From: Octopus bimaculoides
Lineage: Eukaryota
Reading direction: 5' to 3'
NCBI RefSeq assembly: GCF_001194135.2
Contig: NC_068984.1
Span: 116,694,386 to 116,758,385 of the forward strand
DNA: 64,000 nt
Shown: positions 1-13,507 of the stretch, in pieces
Position numbering within the stretch: the stretch's first letter is position 1
How the letters are laid out: each line of letters opens with the position of its first letter
Made by a program: the position numbers and the translations under genes
The notes under the pieces: generated by a model
Databases searched by the model: none
What the model was told of the DNA's origin: nothing
The model's input: only the letters and a program-made list of their open reading frames with translations

Positions 1-237
1 CTATCTATCTATCTATCTATCTGTCTGTCTGTCTGTCTGTCTGTCCATTCTTCTTCTTCTTCTTCTTCTTCTTCTTCTTCTTCTTCTTCTTCTTCTTCTT
101 CTTCTTCTTCTTCTTCTTCTTCTTCTTCTCCTCCTCCTTCTTTGGCGATGACGAAGAGAGATGAGCATGACGCTGACGAAGACGTTGGTTGTGACGACAA
201 CGGTTATGACGACGACGAGGACGACGACGATAACGAC

Positions 238-269
<32 letters not shown>

Positions 270-367
270 CAACAATGATGACAGCGAAGACGATAACGCC
301 GACGGCGAAAACGATGATAATGATGGTGATAATGACGATGATTATTAAAGGTCGTGTTCATATATGC

Positions 368-432
<65 letters not shown>
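1..432. repeat. Compound microsatellite block: (CTAT)n-(CTGT)n-(TTC)n, degenerate (GAT/GAC)n, (TAA)n
   Basis: Directly visible tandem units; the poly-E/K/D/N ORFs here are artefacts of them. Confidence 0.95.
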
Positions 433-435
<3 letters not shown>

Positions 436-2090
436 CTGCTGCTGCTGAAGCGACAGCCGCTGCTACTGAGGAAAATGATGTAATGATCATGGCGGCATTG
501 GTGATGATTATAATGGCTATTCTAATTATGATGATAATTAAAAAGTTAATGAATGAATGAACTAGAATAGGATCCCACTAACGATGGTAATATTGGTGAG
601 TTTATTATTTGTGGTGGTAAAGGGGAGGAAGGCGGTGGTGGTGGTGATGATGGTGGGGAGAGTGGTGGTGATGATGGTGGGGATAGTGGTGGCAGTGGTG
701 CTGGTGGTGGTGAAGGTAGTGGTGTACGGAGGTGTTGATGGTATTGGAAATAGTCCTGGTGCTCGTAGTGGTTGACGTTGTGGCAGAGGTGGTGGTGGTG
801 GTGGTGGTGGTGGTGGTGGTGNNNNNNNNNNNNNNNNNNNNNNNNNNNNNNNNNNNNNNNNNNNNNNNNNNNNNNNNNNNNNNNNNNNNNNNNNNNNNNN
901 NNNNNNNNNNNNNNNNNNNNNNNNNNNNNNNNNNNNNNNNNNNNNNNNNNNNNNNNNNNNNNNNNNNNNNNNNNNNNNNNNNNNNNNNNNNNNNNNNNNN
1001 NNNNNNNNNNNNNNNNNNNNNNNNNNNNNNNNNNNNNNNNNNNNNNNNNNNNNNNNNNNNNNNNNNNNNNNNNNNNNNNNNNNNNNNNNNNNNNNNNNNN
1101 NNNNNNNNNNNNNNNNNNNNNNNNNNNNNNNNNNNNNNNNNNNNNNNNNNNNNNNNNNNNNNNNNNNNNNNNNNNNNNNNNNNNNNNNNNNNNNNNNNNN
1201 NNNNNNNNNNNNNNNNNNNNNNNNNNNNNNNNNNNNNNNNNNNNNNNNNNNNNNNNNNNNNNNNNNNNNNNNNNNNNNNNNNNNNNNNNNNNNNNNNNNN
1301 NNNNNNNNNNNNNNNNNNNNNNNNNNNNNNNNNNNNNNNNNNNNNNNNNNNNNNNNNNNNNNNNNNNNNNNNNNNNNNNNNNNNNNNNNNNNNNNNNNNN
1401 NNNNNNNNNNNNNNNNNNNNNNNNNNNNNNNNNNNNNNNNNNNNNNNNNNNNNNNAGCACACGCATGCACACACATATTCACAAACAAAAACTGCATACA
1501 CAGAGAGTGACACGACGTCACGCAAACACACGCACACACGTCCCAACACATAGCTACACACGAAGAATAGCCAAATCGCCAGGGAGACGGCCATAACTAT
1601 TTTCCACTGAATAGCCATATTGAATCACAGAAAAGACTCACACACACACACACACACACAAACACAGACGTATACACATTTACAATCGCATTTCTTGACT
1701 GGATGGCCACGGACTGGAATAAAGTTCTGGTATTCACTGCAACGATTGTCATTTGGGTGCTGTAAAATGTTGTAAGAATTCAGTTCGTGTCTTCTACTCA
1801 AAAATTGTTCCATTTAGTGTTTGGGTGTTTGGAATGTCATATTTTATGTATATATTTATACATTTTATTTTACCTTGTTTTTTCCTTGAAATATTTGTTA
1901 TATTGTTTCTTTTTTTGTTTCGTGTGTTATTGGACTGGGTGCAATTCGATGATGTTAAATATTTGGTCATCGGTGAATGGTAGTATCATATAACACATGT
2001 GTGTGTGTGTGTTTGTATATGCGTGCGCGTGTGTGTGTCTGTATGATTACGAATACATAGTTATATACAGGCGTATAAACACACACGCAA

Positions 2091-2143
<53 letters not shown>

Positions 2144-2167
2144 TATCTATGTATACGTGTTGTCTAT

Positions 2168-2236
<69 letters not shown>

Positions 2237-2636
2237 AATATATTTATATACATATCATGTACTCAAATATCTACAGTTGTCTATATGAATTATAAGTGGA
2301 TTCAGAAGCGAACTTTAAATTTCGAAACAAGTGTGAATCGAGAGAACAGAAAATAAAATAAGGTAACTAAAGAACAAAAACCAAACAAAACAAAACAGGT
2401 TTATGTAATCTTGATACAGCAATAAACTCATTATTATGTGAATATCTGTATAAGGAGAAGAAAATAGAATGATAGGGAATAGATAAAGAATAGGAGAATA
2501 GCGGAATATAGGATTAGCAAACAGGACCAAATGGGGGGATTGTGGATTGTGAGAGAGGAAGAGAGAAATAGAAAAGAAAAACTAACGGTAGGAAGCGCTG
2601 GTCTGTGATATTCTTATGAAGCTATCCTTATAAATA

Positions 2637-2684
<48 letters not shown>

Positions 2685-2839
2685 TGTGTTTATTTATACG
2701 TATGTACGTATGTAATGTAAATATATACATACACGTGCATATATACATATATATGTATGCCTCATTTTCTGTGTGTATGTGTTTATGTATATAGGTAGAT
2801 AGATATATGTATATGCGTGTCTTTGTATATATGTATGTA

Positions 2840-2891
<52 letters not shown>

Positions 2892-2892
2892 C

Positions 2893-2929
<37 letters not shown>

Positions 2930-3654
2930 NNNNNNNNNNNNNNNNNNNNNNNNNNNNNNNNNNNNNNNNNNNNNNNNNNNNNNNNNNNNNNNNNNNNNNN
3001 NNNNNNNNNNNNNNNNNNNNNNNNNNNNNNNNNNNNNNNNNNNNNNNNNNNNNNNNNNNNNNNNNNNNNNNNNNNNNNNNNNNNNNNNNNNNNNNNNNNN
3101 NNNNNNNNNNNNNNNNNNNNNNNNNNNNNNNNNNNNNNNNNNNNNNNNNNNNNNNNNNNNNNNNNNNNNNNNNNNNNNNNNNNNNNNNNNNNNNNNNNNN
3201 NNNNNNNNNNNNNNNNNNNNNNNNNNNNNNNNNNNNNNNNNNNNNNNNNNNNNNNNNNNNNNNNNNNNNNNNNNNNNNNNNNNNNNNNNNNNNNNNNNNN
3301 NNNNNNNNNNNNNTATATATATATATATATATATATATGCCTCGTTGGCCCAAGAGAAAGACTACGAAGACCTTCTCCAACAACGACTCGTCATGTCGAC
3401 ATGAAAAGCTGAATGCAATATTAAATATTACGTCGCTTCTACAAATATATTTTATATTACACATGGCTGTCGTAAATTTAATACTAACAGTTTTTTCATT
3501 CATTTCATCAGTCTCTCTCTTTCTCTTTCTCAGTCTCTCTTTCTGTCTGTATTGTGTCTGTCTGTCTGTATTGTGTCTGTCTCCCTGTATATTCTCTTCC
3601 CCTCCCCATATGCCCCCACACTTTGTTTTTCCTCTCCGGTTTTACTGTTATTTA

Positions 3655-4082
3655 TTCAGATAATTTTATGTTGTTCGTTATTATCCCAATCATACTCATA
3701 ACAATTACTCTCCTCATCGACACCATCATCATCATTATCGCCAACCTTATTCGCCTCCTCTTTCTCCTCTTCCTCGTCCGACTTCTCATTCTCATTTTCA
3801 TCATCATGATCGTCGTCGTCATCATCCTCCTCATTACCACCTCCACTACCACCACCACCACCATCATCATTATCATCATCATCGTCCTTATCACCATCCT
3901 TATCCTTATCATCACCATCACATATCTATCTATCTATCTATCTATCTATCTANNNNNNNNNNCTATCTATCTATCTATCTATCTATCTACCCATCTACCT
4001 ACCTGCCTGCATACCTACCTATCTGTCTGTCTGGCTGTCTATGTATGTATGTATGCATGTATGTATGGATGGATGGATGGAT
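3655..4082. repeat. Low-complexity (CAT/CTC/CAC) tract followed by (CTAT)n/(TATG)n/(TGGA)n
   Basis: Directly visible. Confidence 0.9.
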
Positions 4083-4731
4083 GGAAGAAATTGAAAGTGG
4101 TCTGGCCTGGAGAAGGATGCACATCGCCATGTTTAAACAAAAATGCAGAAGCCACGCCGTACGTCACAACGGCATTTCTACGACTCTATCAGAAGTCGAG
4201 AGCGCTCAGCTCCAAATGAGACCTCACTCAAGGAATACGGTCTCCTCAACCAATGGTGAGCTTAGAGTCTGCGCTGTCCGAGTTGATCCCCGAGTTTACC
4301 GCCTCCCTATGCGTAAAACACAATACAGAAATTTTTTTAAAAATATTGCTGTCTGGAGTGGATCGCGATCTCACATCATCTTAGCTAAGATAGTGTCTAT
4401 GAATGAATGTTGCATTTACAGTACATCGTATATACTTATCAACTGGCGACGCAAAACATCAGTGCTTTCTTCGGATCACTGTTTCCTTTCATTCAGTTAA
4501 ACCAGAAAAATAACTGATCGCATTCATGGTTTTCTGAATATCAAAGCAAACGTGTCCATTTCGGTTTAGTTGAAGATGTCTCGATTAAGGTTGATTCTTG
4601 ATGACTTGCAGCGCGTATATAAGAAAATATAAGAAGCAAGAATGTATGAACAATGGAGAAATGTCCAATATAATGTAAGATTTCAGAAAGGGTGACACAC
4701 ACATACACATACACACACATGTATGTTTTAT

Positions 4732-5044
4732 GAAGGCGCATGGCTCAGTGGTTAGAGTGTGGGGCTCACAATCATGAGGTTGTGAATTTGATTCCTGGAC
4801 TGAGCTGTGTGTTGTGTTTTTGAGCAAGACACTTTCTTTCACGTAGCTCCAGTTCATTCAGCTGCAGAAATGAGTCGCAATGTCACAGGTGCCAAGCTGT
4901 ATCGGCATTTGCCTTTCCTTTGGATAACATCGGTGACGTGGAGAGGGGAAGCTGCTATGCATGGGCGACTGCTAGTCTTCCATAAACAACCCTGCTCAGG
5001 CTTGTTTCTAGGTGCCATTCCAAGGTCCTTCACGATCGAAGGGG
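4732..5044 (+). mobile_element. tRNA-derived SINE, family D (runs into gap)
   Basis: Head GAAGGCGCATGGCTCAGTGGTTAG (A box) and GAATTTGATTCC (B-box-like), then TTGTGTTTTTGAGCAAGACACTTT...CAGCTGCAGAAATGAGT, shared with the copy at 17640-17909. Confidence 0.8.
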
Positions 5045-7769
5045 NNNNNNNNNNNNNNNNNNNNNNNNNNNNNNNNNNNNNNNNNNNNNNNNNNNNNNNN
5101 NNNNNNNNNNNNNNNNNNNNNNNNNNNNNNNNNNNNNNNNNNNNNNNNNNNNNNNNNNNNNNNNNNNNNNNNNNNNNNNNNNNNNNNNNNNNNNNNNNNN
5201 NNNNNNNNNNNNNNNNNNNNNNNNNNNNNNNNNNNNNNNNNNNNNNNNNNNNNNNNNNNNNNNNNNNNNNNNNNNNNNNNNNNNNNNNNNNNNNNNNNNN
5301 NNNNNNNNNNNNNNNNNNNNNNNNNNNNNNNNNNNNNNNNNNNNNNNNNNNNNNNNNNNNNNNNNNNNNNNNNNNNNNNNNNNNNNNNNNNNNNNNNNNN
5401 NNNNNNNNNNNNNNNNNNNNNNNNNNNNNNNNNNNNNNNNNNNNNNNNNNNNNNNNNNNNNNNNNNNNNNNNNNNNNNNNNNNNNNNNNNNNNNNNNNNN
5501 NNNNNNNNNNNNNNNNNNNNNNNNNNNNNNNNNNNNNNNNNNNNNNNNNNNNNNNNNNNNNNNNNNNNNNNNNNNNNNNNNNNNNNNNNNNNNNNNNNNN
5601 NNNNNNNNNNNNNNNNNNNNNNNNNNNNNNNNNNNNATATATATATATATATATATATACATATATATAAATGTATATAGTGAGTGAGAGACGAAAGTAA
5701 GTATATCGATTTCAGTTGAACTTCAGGTGGCGTGTGTTAACGGAAAGAGATCAAGAGATCTTTTGTAGGAAGGTTAAAAGAGACAAGAGGGACACGAACA
5801 AAGACTTAAAATTCGCTCAACTAAACTGAATGGCTTTCTCGTGGATTCGGTTTGTGTACTTGTGACAGAATGGCTAAATTAAGCTTGATTAAATCAGACG
5901 TGCCAAATTTTTAGATAACTATTGCTGCTGCTACCTCTGCTGCTACTACTAGTACTACTATGTTATAGATACACATACATGTTTATAAATACATAAATAC
6001 ATACACACATATACTAGATACGTATGTAAATATCCGTGTGTGTGTGTGTGTGTATCTGAGAGCGCGAGTATGTGTGTGTGTGTGTGTGTCTGTGTGTGGA
6101 GTGAGAAAGAGTGTGTGCATATGTAAATCAGACATTCTTTCAGTTGGTTAGTTTATCTGCCAATAATCCAAAAGAAACTTACGCATGTGCGCACGCACAC
6201 GCACAGACACACACGTACACAAACACACATACACACACAAGCACAAAATAAATGGATACTTCATCTGATTCTATGATAAGCGCTTCCATTTGTTTGAACT
6301 CAAACGATGTACACTTGGCCTATTATTACCTCGGTTAAAACTTCAGAAAGGTGGTATCATATACGGGAACAGAATTGAATTAAATACAGGGGACGGATTT
6401 GCTCAGAGCATAATTAAACCTGTAGTTATTGAGGCATTCTGTAGCTATCGAGATCTCTATCTGTTATCGACGGCCACGGATAAAGTTCCTAGTTGTTCGC
6501 TTTATTGGATTAGCGTCGTCTGTAGCTGAACGAACAGATGCAGAAATAACAGTGTGAAACACAAGCTGCTCTTGTTGGCTGTATCAGTGTTGTTTGGGGC
6601 GTAGCTATGACAGGTAACTGTTGCTTCCAATGATGTGTCGACGTCGTAGATGAGACAGGAGGCATCCTCTTCGGTATGTTGCCCGGTTCTGTCTCCCCAC
6701 TGTAGAGTGTTCGATTTGATCTAAGCAGTATGAGAGACAGGTTGGTGCCCGTGCAGCTTGTGTTGTCAGGTTACTTGTCAGGTCTCCCATAGAATCCGTA
6801 CAACCTATTGCATGGTTGGATCGTCGGCGACTAAACCAGCATTCCCACTAGGCTTGTCTGGTGAGTGTGGGTTGCTAGAAACCCAACAGGATTAAAAATA
6901 AGATCTATCAAAAGAACAAATGAACCTAGTGTAGGTTCAACGACTATCTAGCAATAGTACGGGCCCTCAGAAACTCGGGGTTGGTTTCCGGCGTAATGGA
7001 AAGCCACTGGAAGTGAGGTGCCCCTTAGCTTTTGTTAAAGCATATCTCTAGAACCCGCTTCAAATCCAAGCTATGTCTGCTCCGATAATCGGCTGTGACT
7101 TGGTCAGTGAACCCTCTGCAATCGACAATCAGCGGCAAGATCAGCTGCTACAGACCACATTACAATTTAGTGTATGACAGTAACCGGGGACCCAGGATAG
7201 GCAATAGACTTCGATATAATAGGAATGTCTATCCATTCTACTCAATGTATTGAGTTTCATATGAGACAACGTTTGCATCGTGTAAAATATATTTTATAAC
7301 TCTTGTATAATGATATATATACATACACCATCGTCGGCTGTTTGTCGAGATCGACGTTGTCTGTTCTGTTCAGAACTTCTCTGACCAAAACTCTTTTGGA
7401 CGGTGAGTAAGATAGTTGGTTCTTAACACGTTTGGGCAGGTTCAGATGCAAAATATGCTGAGTGCTGTCTTAGGAGAATAATTTTTCCCTTTTACAACAA
7501 CAGTGTGTTCATCGCACTCAACTTATCGCAGTCGGCTTATCATTCTAGGCCGTCGGTGTTTCGATATGTTGTGTCTCGCGAGCCAGAAATAGCGGGAACT
7601 TCGAGGTTAGCCGAAGCCAATGAATTTGTTTATGGTTTCAGCAGATAATTTGATTGCTGCTTATATGCGCTGATCAATAATAATAATAATAATAACAATA
7701 AAAATTCAACTATTCATTCCAGATCTCACTGCAGACAGTTCAAATAAATATTATATACAACGGGGCTTG

Positions 7770-8243
7770 AATAAAAAATCCAGATGATCTGATAACTGAT
7801 CAATGAATATCAAGAAGGTCCTGCAGATTTTTGTAGTCCCTGATATTGTGATCATTTGTAGTGCATGAATGATGGTGTCCAGAGGGCAGCTGATTTTCAC
7901 AACAGAACATATCTTTTCATTGTGCTCCCACACAACAATATTTGATCTGTTGTATTTTAACTTGGTGGCTGTTCTAATTTCTAAGTTTCACCAATATTCT
8001 TTTGATTAATCGGTCTCAGGATAGTCAACCTCATCTGTAGGTGCTTTCTTTTTTGTTACCTGTTCCAAGCTGTCCCTCATGGGAAGAAAATATCTGGAAG
8101 ACATTCCCTTGCAGTTGGCAATAATGTGGTTGATGTCTTCAGTGGTGGTCTTGCACAGCCTACATTTGTTGTCTGTCAATGTTTTCTGTCTTTTATGCTA
8201 AGCATATTTAGTAGGGATCTTGACGGGAATCTCTTGTTCTTTG
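7770..8243 (-). mobile_element. 5'-truncated non-LTR retrotransposon relic with CCHC knuckle and restriction-like endonuclease (R2/R4/NeSL-type architecture), pseudogenised
   Basis: One minus-strand frame with stops reads KEQEIPVKIPTKYA*HKRQKTLTDNKCRLCKTTTEDINHIIANCKGMSSRYFLPMRD...KEYW*NLEIRTATKLKYNRSNIVVWEHNEKICSVVKISCPLD. This is C-x2-C-x8-H-x4-C followed by a decayed (R)PD-x-(E)ISCP motif. Confidence 0.75.
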
Positions 8244-8296
8244 TATGTATGTATGTATGTATGTATGTATGTATGTATGTATGTATGTATGTATGT
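8243..8296. repeat. (TATG)n microsatellite
   Basis: Directly visible. Confidence 0.95.
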
Positions 8297-8495
8297 GAAG
8301 GCGCAATGGCCCAGTGTTTAGGGCAGCGGACTCGCGGTCATAGGATCACAATTTCGATTCCCAGACCGGGCGTTGTGAGTGTTTATTGAGCGAAAACACT
8401 TAAAGCTCCACGAAGCTCCGGCAGGGGATGGTGGCGAACCCTGCTATACTCTTTCACCACAACTTTCTCTCACTCTTACTTCCTGTTTCTGTTGT
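8297..8495 (+). mobile_element. tRNA-derived SINE, family A (5' half; rest in gap)
   Basis: GGCGCAATGGCCCAGTG..GGGCAGCGGACTCGCGGTCATAGGATC..TTTCGATTCCCAGACC; near-identical to the copies at 15061, 42576 and 55130. Confidence 0.9.
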
Positions 8496-8967
8496 NNNNN
8501 NNNNNNNNNNNNNNNNNNNNNNNNNNNNNNNNNNNNNNNNNNNNNNNNNNNNNNNNNNNNNNNNNNNNNNNNNNNNNNNNNNNNNNNNNNNNNNNNNNNN
8601 NNNNNNNNNNNNNNNNNNNNNNNNNNNNNNNNNNNNNNNNNNNNNNNNNNNNNNNNNNNNNNNNNNNNNNNNNNNNNNNNNNNNNNNNNNNNNNNNNNNN
8701 NNNNNNNNNNNNNNNNNNNNNNNNNNNNNNNNNNNNNNNNNNNNNNNNNNNNNNNNNNNNNNNNNNNNNNAAGACACGTGGGATGGAAGAGTCGCCGAAG
8801 AGGTCACATATGTGACGAAAGATTTCCAGACAACGGACTTAAGATAAAATAAGAACACCAATAAACGAGTGCAGAACGAATATACAGTGTGTGTGTGTAT
8901 GTTTATTTGGCAAAAATAAAAATATAATTTAGACCTTCCCGAAATATTACAATATAACAATATATAT

Positions 8968-9145
8968 ATGCTTAGCGGTATTTCATCTGTCTTTACGTTC
9001 TGAGTTCAAATTCCGCCAAAGTCGACTTTGCCTTTCATCTTTTTTCGAAGTCGATAAAATAAGTACCAGTTGCGTACTGAGGTCGATCTAATCGACTGGC
9101 CTCTCCCCCGAAATTTCGAGCCTTGTCCCTTGAGGAGAATAGAAT
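8968..9145 (+). mobile_element. SINE family C (5'-truncated)
   Basis: ATGCTTAGCGGTATTTC..GTTCTGAGTTCAAATTCCGCC..GTCGACTTTGCCTTTCATC..GGTCGATCTAATCGAC, matching many other copies in the window. Confidence 0.85.
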
Positions 9146-9322
9146 AGGAGTGGCTGTGTGGTAAGTAGCTTGCTTACGAACCACATGGTTCCGGGTTTTA
9201 GTCCCACTGCGTGGCACCTTGGCCAAGTGTCTTCTACTATAGCCTCGGGCCGACTAAAGCCTTGTGAGTGGATTTGGTAGACGGAAACTGAAAAGAAGCC
9301 CGTCGTATATATGTATATATAT
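9146..9322 (+). mobile_element. SINE family B (5' half ending in TA repeat)
   Basis: AGGAGTGGCTGTGTGGTAAGTAGCTTGC..CACCTTGGCCAAGTGTCTTCTACTATAGCCTCGGGCCG..GGATTTGGTAGACGGAAACTGAAA. Confidence 0.9.
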
Positions 9323-9659
9323 ATAAAGAGAGTAAGAAGAAGAGGAAATGAAAGGAATGTTGTGATGGTAGGAAGTGGGGTACCTAGAATGGGTGTGTAC
9401 TGGAATGGTCGTAGAACACAGCGGAAAAATTAGATGAAATAACCGATAAGCAGATGAAAGGTGGAACCATTGATATTTAAAAGTGGAAATAGGTAATAAA
9501 TAATGAAAATGAATAAATAAATAATTTGCCTGAAGAGCCTGTGCACCTACAAGCAAAACTCTGTGTTGCAAGTGACTGACTCAAGCAAAATATGATATAT
9601 TATTAATATCTACACAAAATGTATGTATCCAAGCATATCTGTCTGTCAGTATGTATGTG

Positions 9660-9672
9660 TGTGTACATATAC

Positions 9673-9770
<98 letters not shown>

Positions 9771-10290
9771 GTATATATCTATATATAAGTATACATATAT
9801 ATGTGTACCTATATGTATACCTTTATATTCATATGAACATACACACATATATAAATATATATATATATATCATATAATGCACACCCACATATACACGCAT
9901 ATACATACAATGTGTGTGTGTGCGTGCGTAGAAAGCTCCGGGAGCCAAGAAAATATGTTTAATAAAATCATTATCTCAAATTTTTTTAAAGGAAATTTCG
10001 ATCAAAAGATCCCTTTCAAAGAGAGGAAGAGGTTAGCGGTGCGGCTAACCTCTTCTTCCCTTTGAAAAGAATCTTTTGATCGAAAATTTAGAAAGATGAA
10101 TACAAAAATAAAAAATAAAAAATAAAAATGACTTCTGTTTTTGAAATCTGTTCCAATTATGTTACGTTACTTTAAATTTAGCCTCAAATATTTCTTTCTT
10201 CATATCCACTCTGACTTACATTTGCTCCGCACTCATATATACGGATATATTACGCATATAGATACACACGCACACGCACACTCACACACA

Positions 10291-10358
<68 letters not shown>

Positions 10359-10579
10359 ACCACCACCACCACCACCACCACACACCACACACACATATAT
10401 ATGTAATAGTGGTGTATGTGTGTGTAATGCTTATAATTTTGAGAGGATATGTATAAATATACACACATACAATAGAATATATATACGTATATATACGTAT
10501 ATATACACGTATATATACGTATATATACACGTATATATATATATATATATATCTGACCTTATATATATACATATATACG

Positions 10580-10630
<51 letters not shown>

Positions 10631-10690
10631 NNNNNNNNNNNNNNNNNNNNNNNNNNNNNNNNNNNNNNNNNNNNNNNNNNNNNNNNNNNN

Positions 10691-10735
<45 letters not shown>

Positions 10736-10990
10736 GGTGGTAGTAGATTACTTGTATACACACATAAACACACTAGTGCACACACTCACATACGCGCGCA
10801 CGACTCACGCGCACACGCGCACACATACACACACGCACACACATACACACACACACAAGAAATTATGTAGACGTACGCATATGAAGCATATCAGTATGCA
10901 TATAACTATAGGCACGTATATAAACATATGCAAATAAATGTACGTGCATATATACATACACACACATACACCCACATCACATATGTATAC
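9660..10990. repeat. Dense (TA)n/(CA)n/(CTAT)n microsatellite region with unique islands
   Basis: Directly visible. Confidence 0.85.
9993..10088. repeat. Near-perfect inverted repeat (45-bp arms, 6-nt loop)
   Basis: Arm 9993-10037 matches the reverse complement of 10044-10088 at 40/45 positions; loop GGTGCG. Confidence 0.9.
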
Positions 10991-11013
10991 AGACAGACAG
11001 ACAGACAAACAGG

Positions 11014-11073
<60 letters not shown>

Positions 11074-11875
11074 CATATTTACCATACCCAAAATACTTGG
11101 CGTTGCTCAGTTGAATGCACTGGGAATCGACATTAACGTTGTAACCGACTTCGCTTAAATTTACATAAATTTCTGGGCAAACGATAAATAGTGTACCGGG
11201 ATAAGTAAAGCTCGTAACCATTGTGACTTTTAGAAAGTTGTTTTGGAGTTCTGTTTCAAAGAGCAGATTACAATTACAGAAAAGATAAAATTAAAAGGGA
11301 AAAATTGCAGGTTAAATGTTCTGAAAGTATTTTTTCCCATTTAACCCTAAACCTGTATCCTAAACTTAAGCTGTGACCCGATATTCTAAACCAGGTTCGA
11401 ACAACCTTTCTCGAGAAGCAAGCCACATGAGACATCAAGCGGGCAGCACTACTAAAAAATTCAAGGTAATTTTTTTGTTTCTCGTGCCATTCAGAAAGTC
11501 TCGTGGGCAGTAGCTTGCCCACTACTGCCCTAAACTCTAAAAACTAAACTCTAGCACCTGTCTCTGCCCAGAAATATTAATTCATAGTCTCTATCCCTAA
11601 CCCCAAACCTTAATTAATTAATTAATTAATTAATTTATGCTTCATACCTGTTATTAAGCAACACTAAGCCCCAAAGTACGTTCACATAGACAACCAATGT
11701 CAGCTACAAATAAATTCTTGCATGAAAGGGACAGTGACTTCGAAGATGAGCCATAAGTGAGTGGATTATTCCACCTGGAAAAGTAATACTAAATCTATCT
11801 GTGAAGCGGAGACCGGATTCAAATGCTTACAACTGTCTATGTCTGTGAGTATATAAAATACAATATGATACATTA

Positions 11876-11955
11876 TGATATAATATAATATAATATAATA
11901 TAATATAATATAATATAATATAATATAATATAATATAATATAGTATAATATAATG
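11876..11955. repeat. (TAATA)n pentanucleotide repeat
   Basis: Directly visible. Confidence 0.95.
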
Positions 11956-11957
11956 TA

Positions 11958-12126
11958 AGCGCAGGAGTGACTGTGTGGTAAGTAGCTTGCTTACCAACTA
12001 CATGATTCCGGGTTCAGTCCCACTGCGTGGCACTTTGGGCAAGTGTCTTCTACTATAGCCTCGGGCCGACCAAAGCTTTGTGAGTGGATTTGGTAGATGG
12101 AAACTGAAAGAAGCCCGTCGTATATA

Positions 12127-12161
<35 letters not shown>
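11958..12161 (+). mobile_element. SINE family B (5' half, internal TA repeat runs into gap)
   Basis: AGCGCAGGAGTGACTGTGTGGTAAG...GAAAGAAGCCCGTCGTATATATG. Confidence 0.9.
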
Positions 12162-12983
12162 NNNNNNNNNNNNNNNNNNNNNNNNNNNNNNNNNNNNNNN
12201 NNNNNNNNNNNNNNNNNNNNNNNNNNNNNNNNNNNNNNNNNNNNNNNNNNNNNNNNNNNNNNNNNNNNNNNNNNNNNNNNNNNNNNNNNNNNNNNNNNNN
12301 NNNNNNNNNNNNNNNNNNNNNNNNNNNNNNNNNNNNNNNNNNNNNNNNNNNNNNNNNNNNNNNNNNNNNNNNNNNNNNNNNNNNNNNNNNNNNNNNNNNN
12401 NNNNNNNNNNNNNNNNNNNNNNNNNNNNNNNNNNNNNNNNNNNNNNNNNNNNNNNNNNNNNNNNNNNNNNNNNNNNNNNNNNNNNNNNNNNNNNNNNNNN
12501 NNNNNNNNNNNNNNNNNNNNNNNNNNNNNNNNNNNNNNNNNNNNNNNNNNNNNNNNNNNNNNNNNNNNNNNNNNNNNNNNNNNNNNNNNNNNNNNNNNNN
12601 NNNNNNNNNNNNNNNNNNNNNNNNNNNNNNNNNNNNNNNNNNNNNNNNNNNNNNNNNNNNNNNNNNNNNNNNNNNNNNNNNNNNNNNNNNNNNNNNNNNN
12701 NNNNNNNNNNNNNNNNNNNNNNNNNNNNNNNNNNNNNNNNNNNNNNNNNNNNNNNNNNNNNNNNNNNNNNNNNNNNNNNNNNNNNNNNNNNNNNNNNNNN
12801 NNNNNNNNNNNNNNNNNNNNNNNNNNNNNNNNNNNNNNNNNNNNNNNNNNNNNNNNNNNNNNNNNNNNNNNNNNNNNNNNNNNNNNNNNNNNNNNNNNNN
12901 NNNNNNNNNNNNNNNNNNNNNNNNNNNNNNNNNNNNNNNNNNNNNNNNNNNNNNNNNNNNNNNNNNNNNNNNNNNNNNNNNNN

Positions 12984-13119
<136 letters not shown>

Positions 13120-13507
13120 TCCGATTGATTCGCATTTTATTTCATCTTCCAACCGGGTCTCAACCAGAGACCTAAGGCACGTATATATTAGACGGAAAGA
13201 AACTTTTATTATTTATTATTATTATTATTATTATTATTTTTTTTAATTTTTTTTGACATTTGATCAAAATGCGGTCTCTGAATTATTTTCGTTTAATGCA
13301 TGACTAATATGTGATACAGCGAAAAGCAAGCTGGAATGGTAAGAATTTCGCTGTGATCACAACGCCTTTAACGATAATTATTTTGCTTTTGCGATGAGTT
13401 CGTAACTATAACGGCATTATCATACATCATGCAACGTTTCTCAATTCATGTTCCCAAAAGCTCTAAGGTTCCGCGAGAAATAGTTGATAAGTATAAGAAT
13501 TATTTTA

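Noticed and set aside
8297-8370. tRNA-like A/B boxes here and in other SINE heads
   Set aside because: They continue into SINE bodies and lack a full cloverleaf and acceptor stem; they are not tRNA genes.
11320-11640. AACCCTAA-like motifs as telomeric or Helitron end
   Set aside because: They are scattered and degenerate, not a tandem telomere array, and no terminal hairpin was identified.
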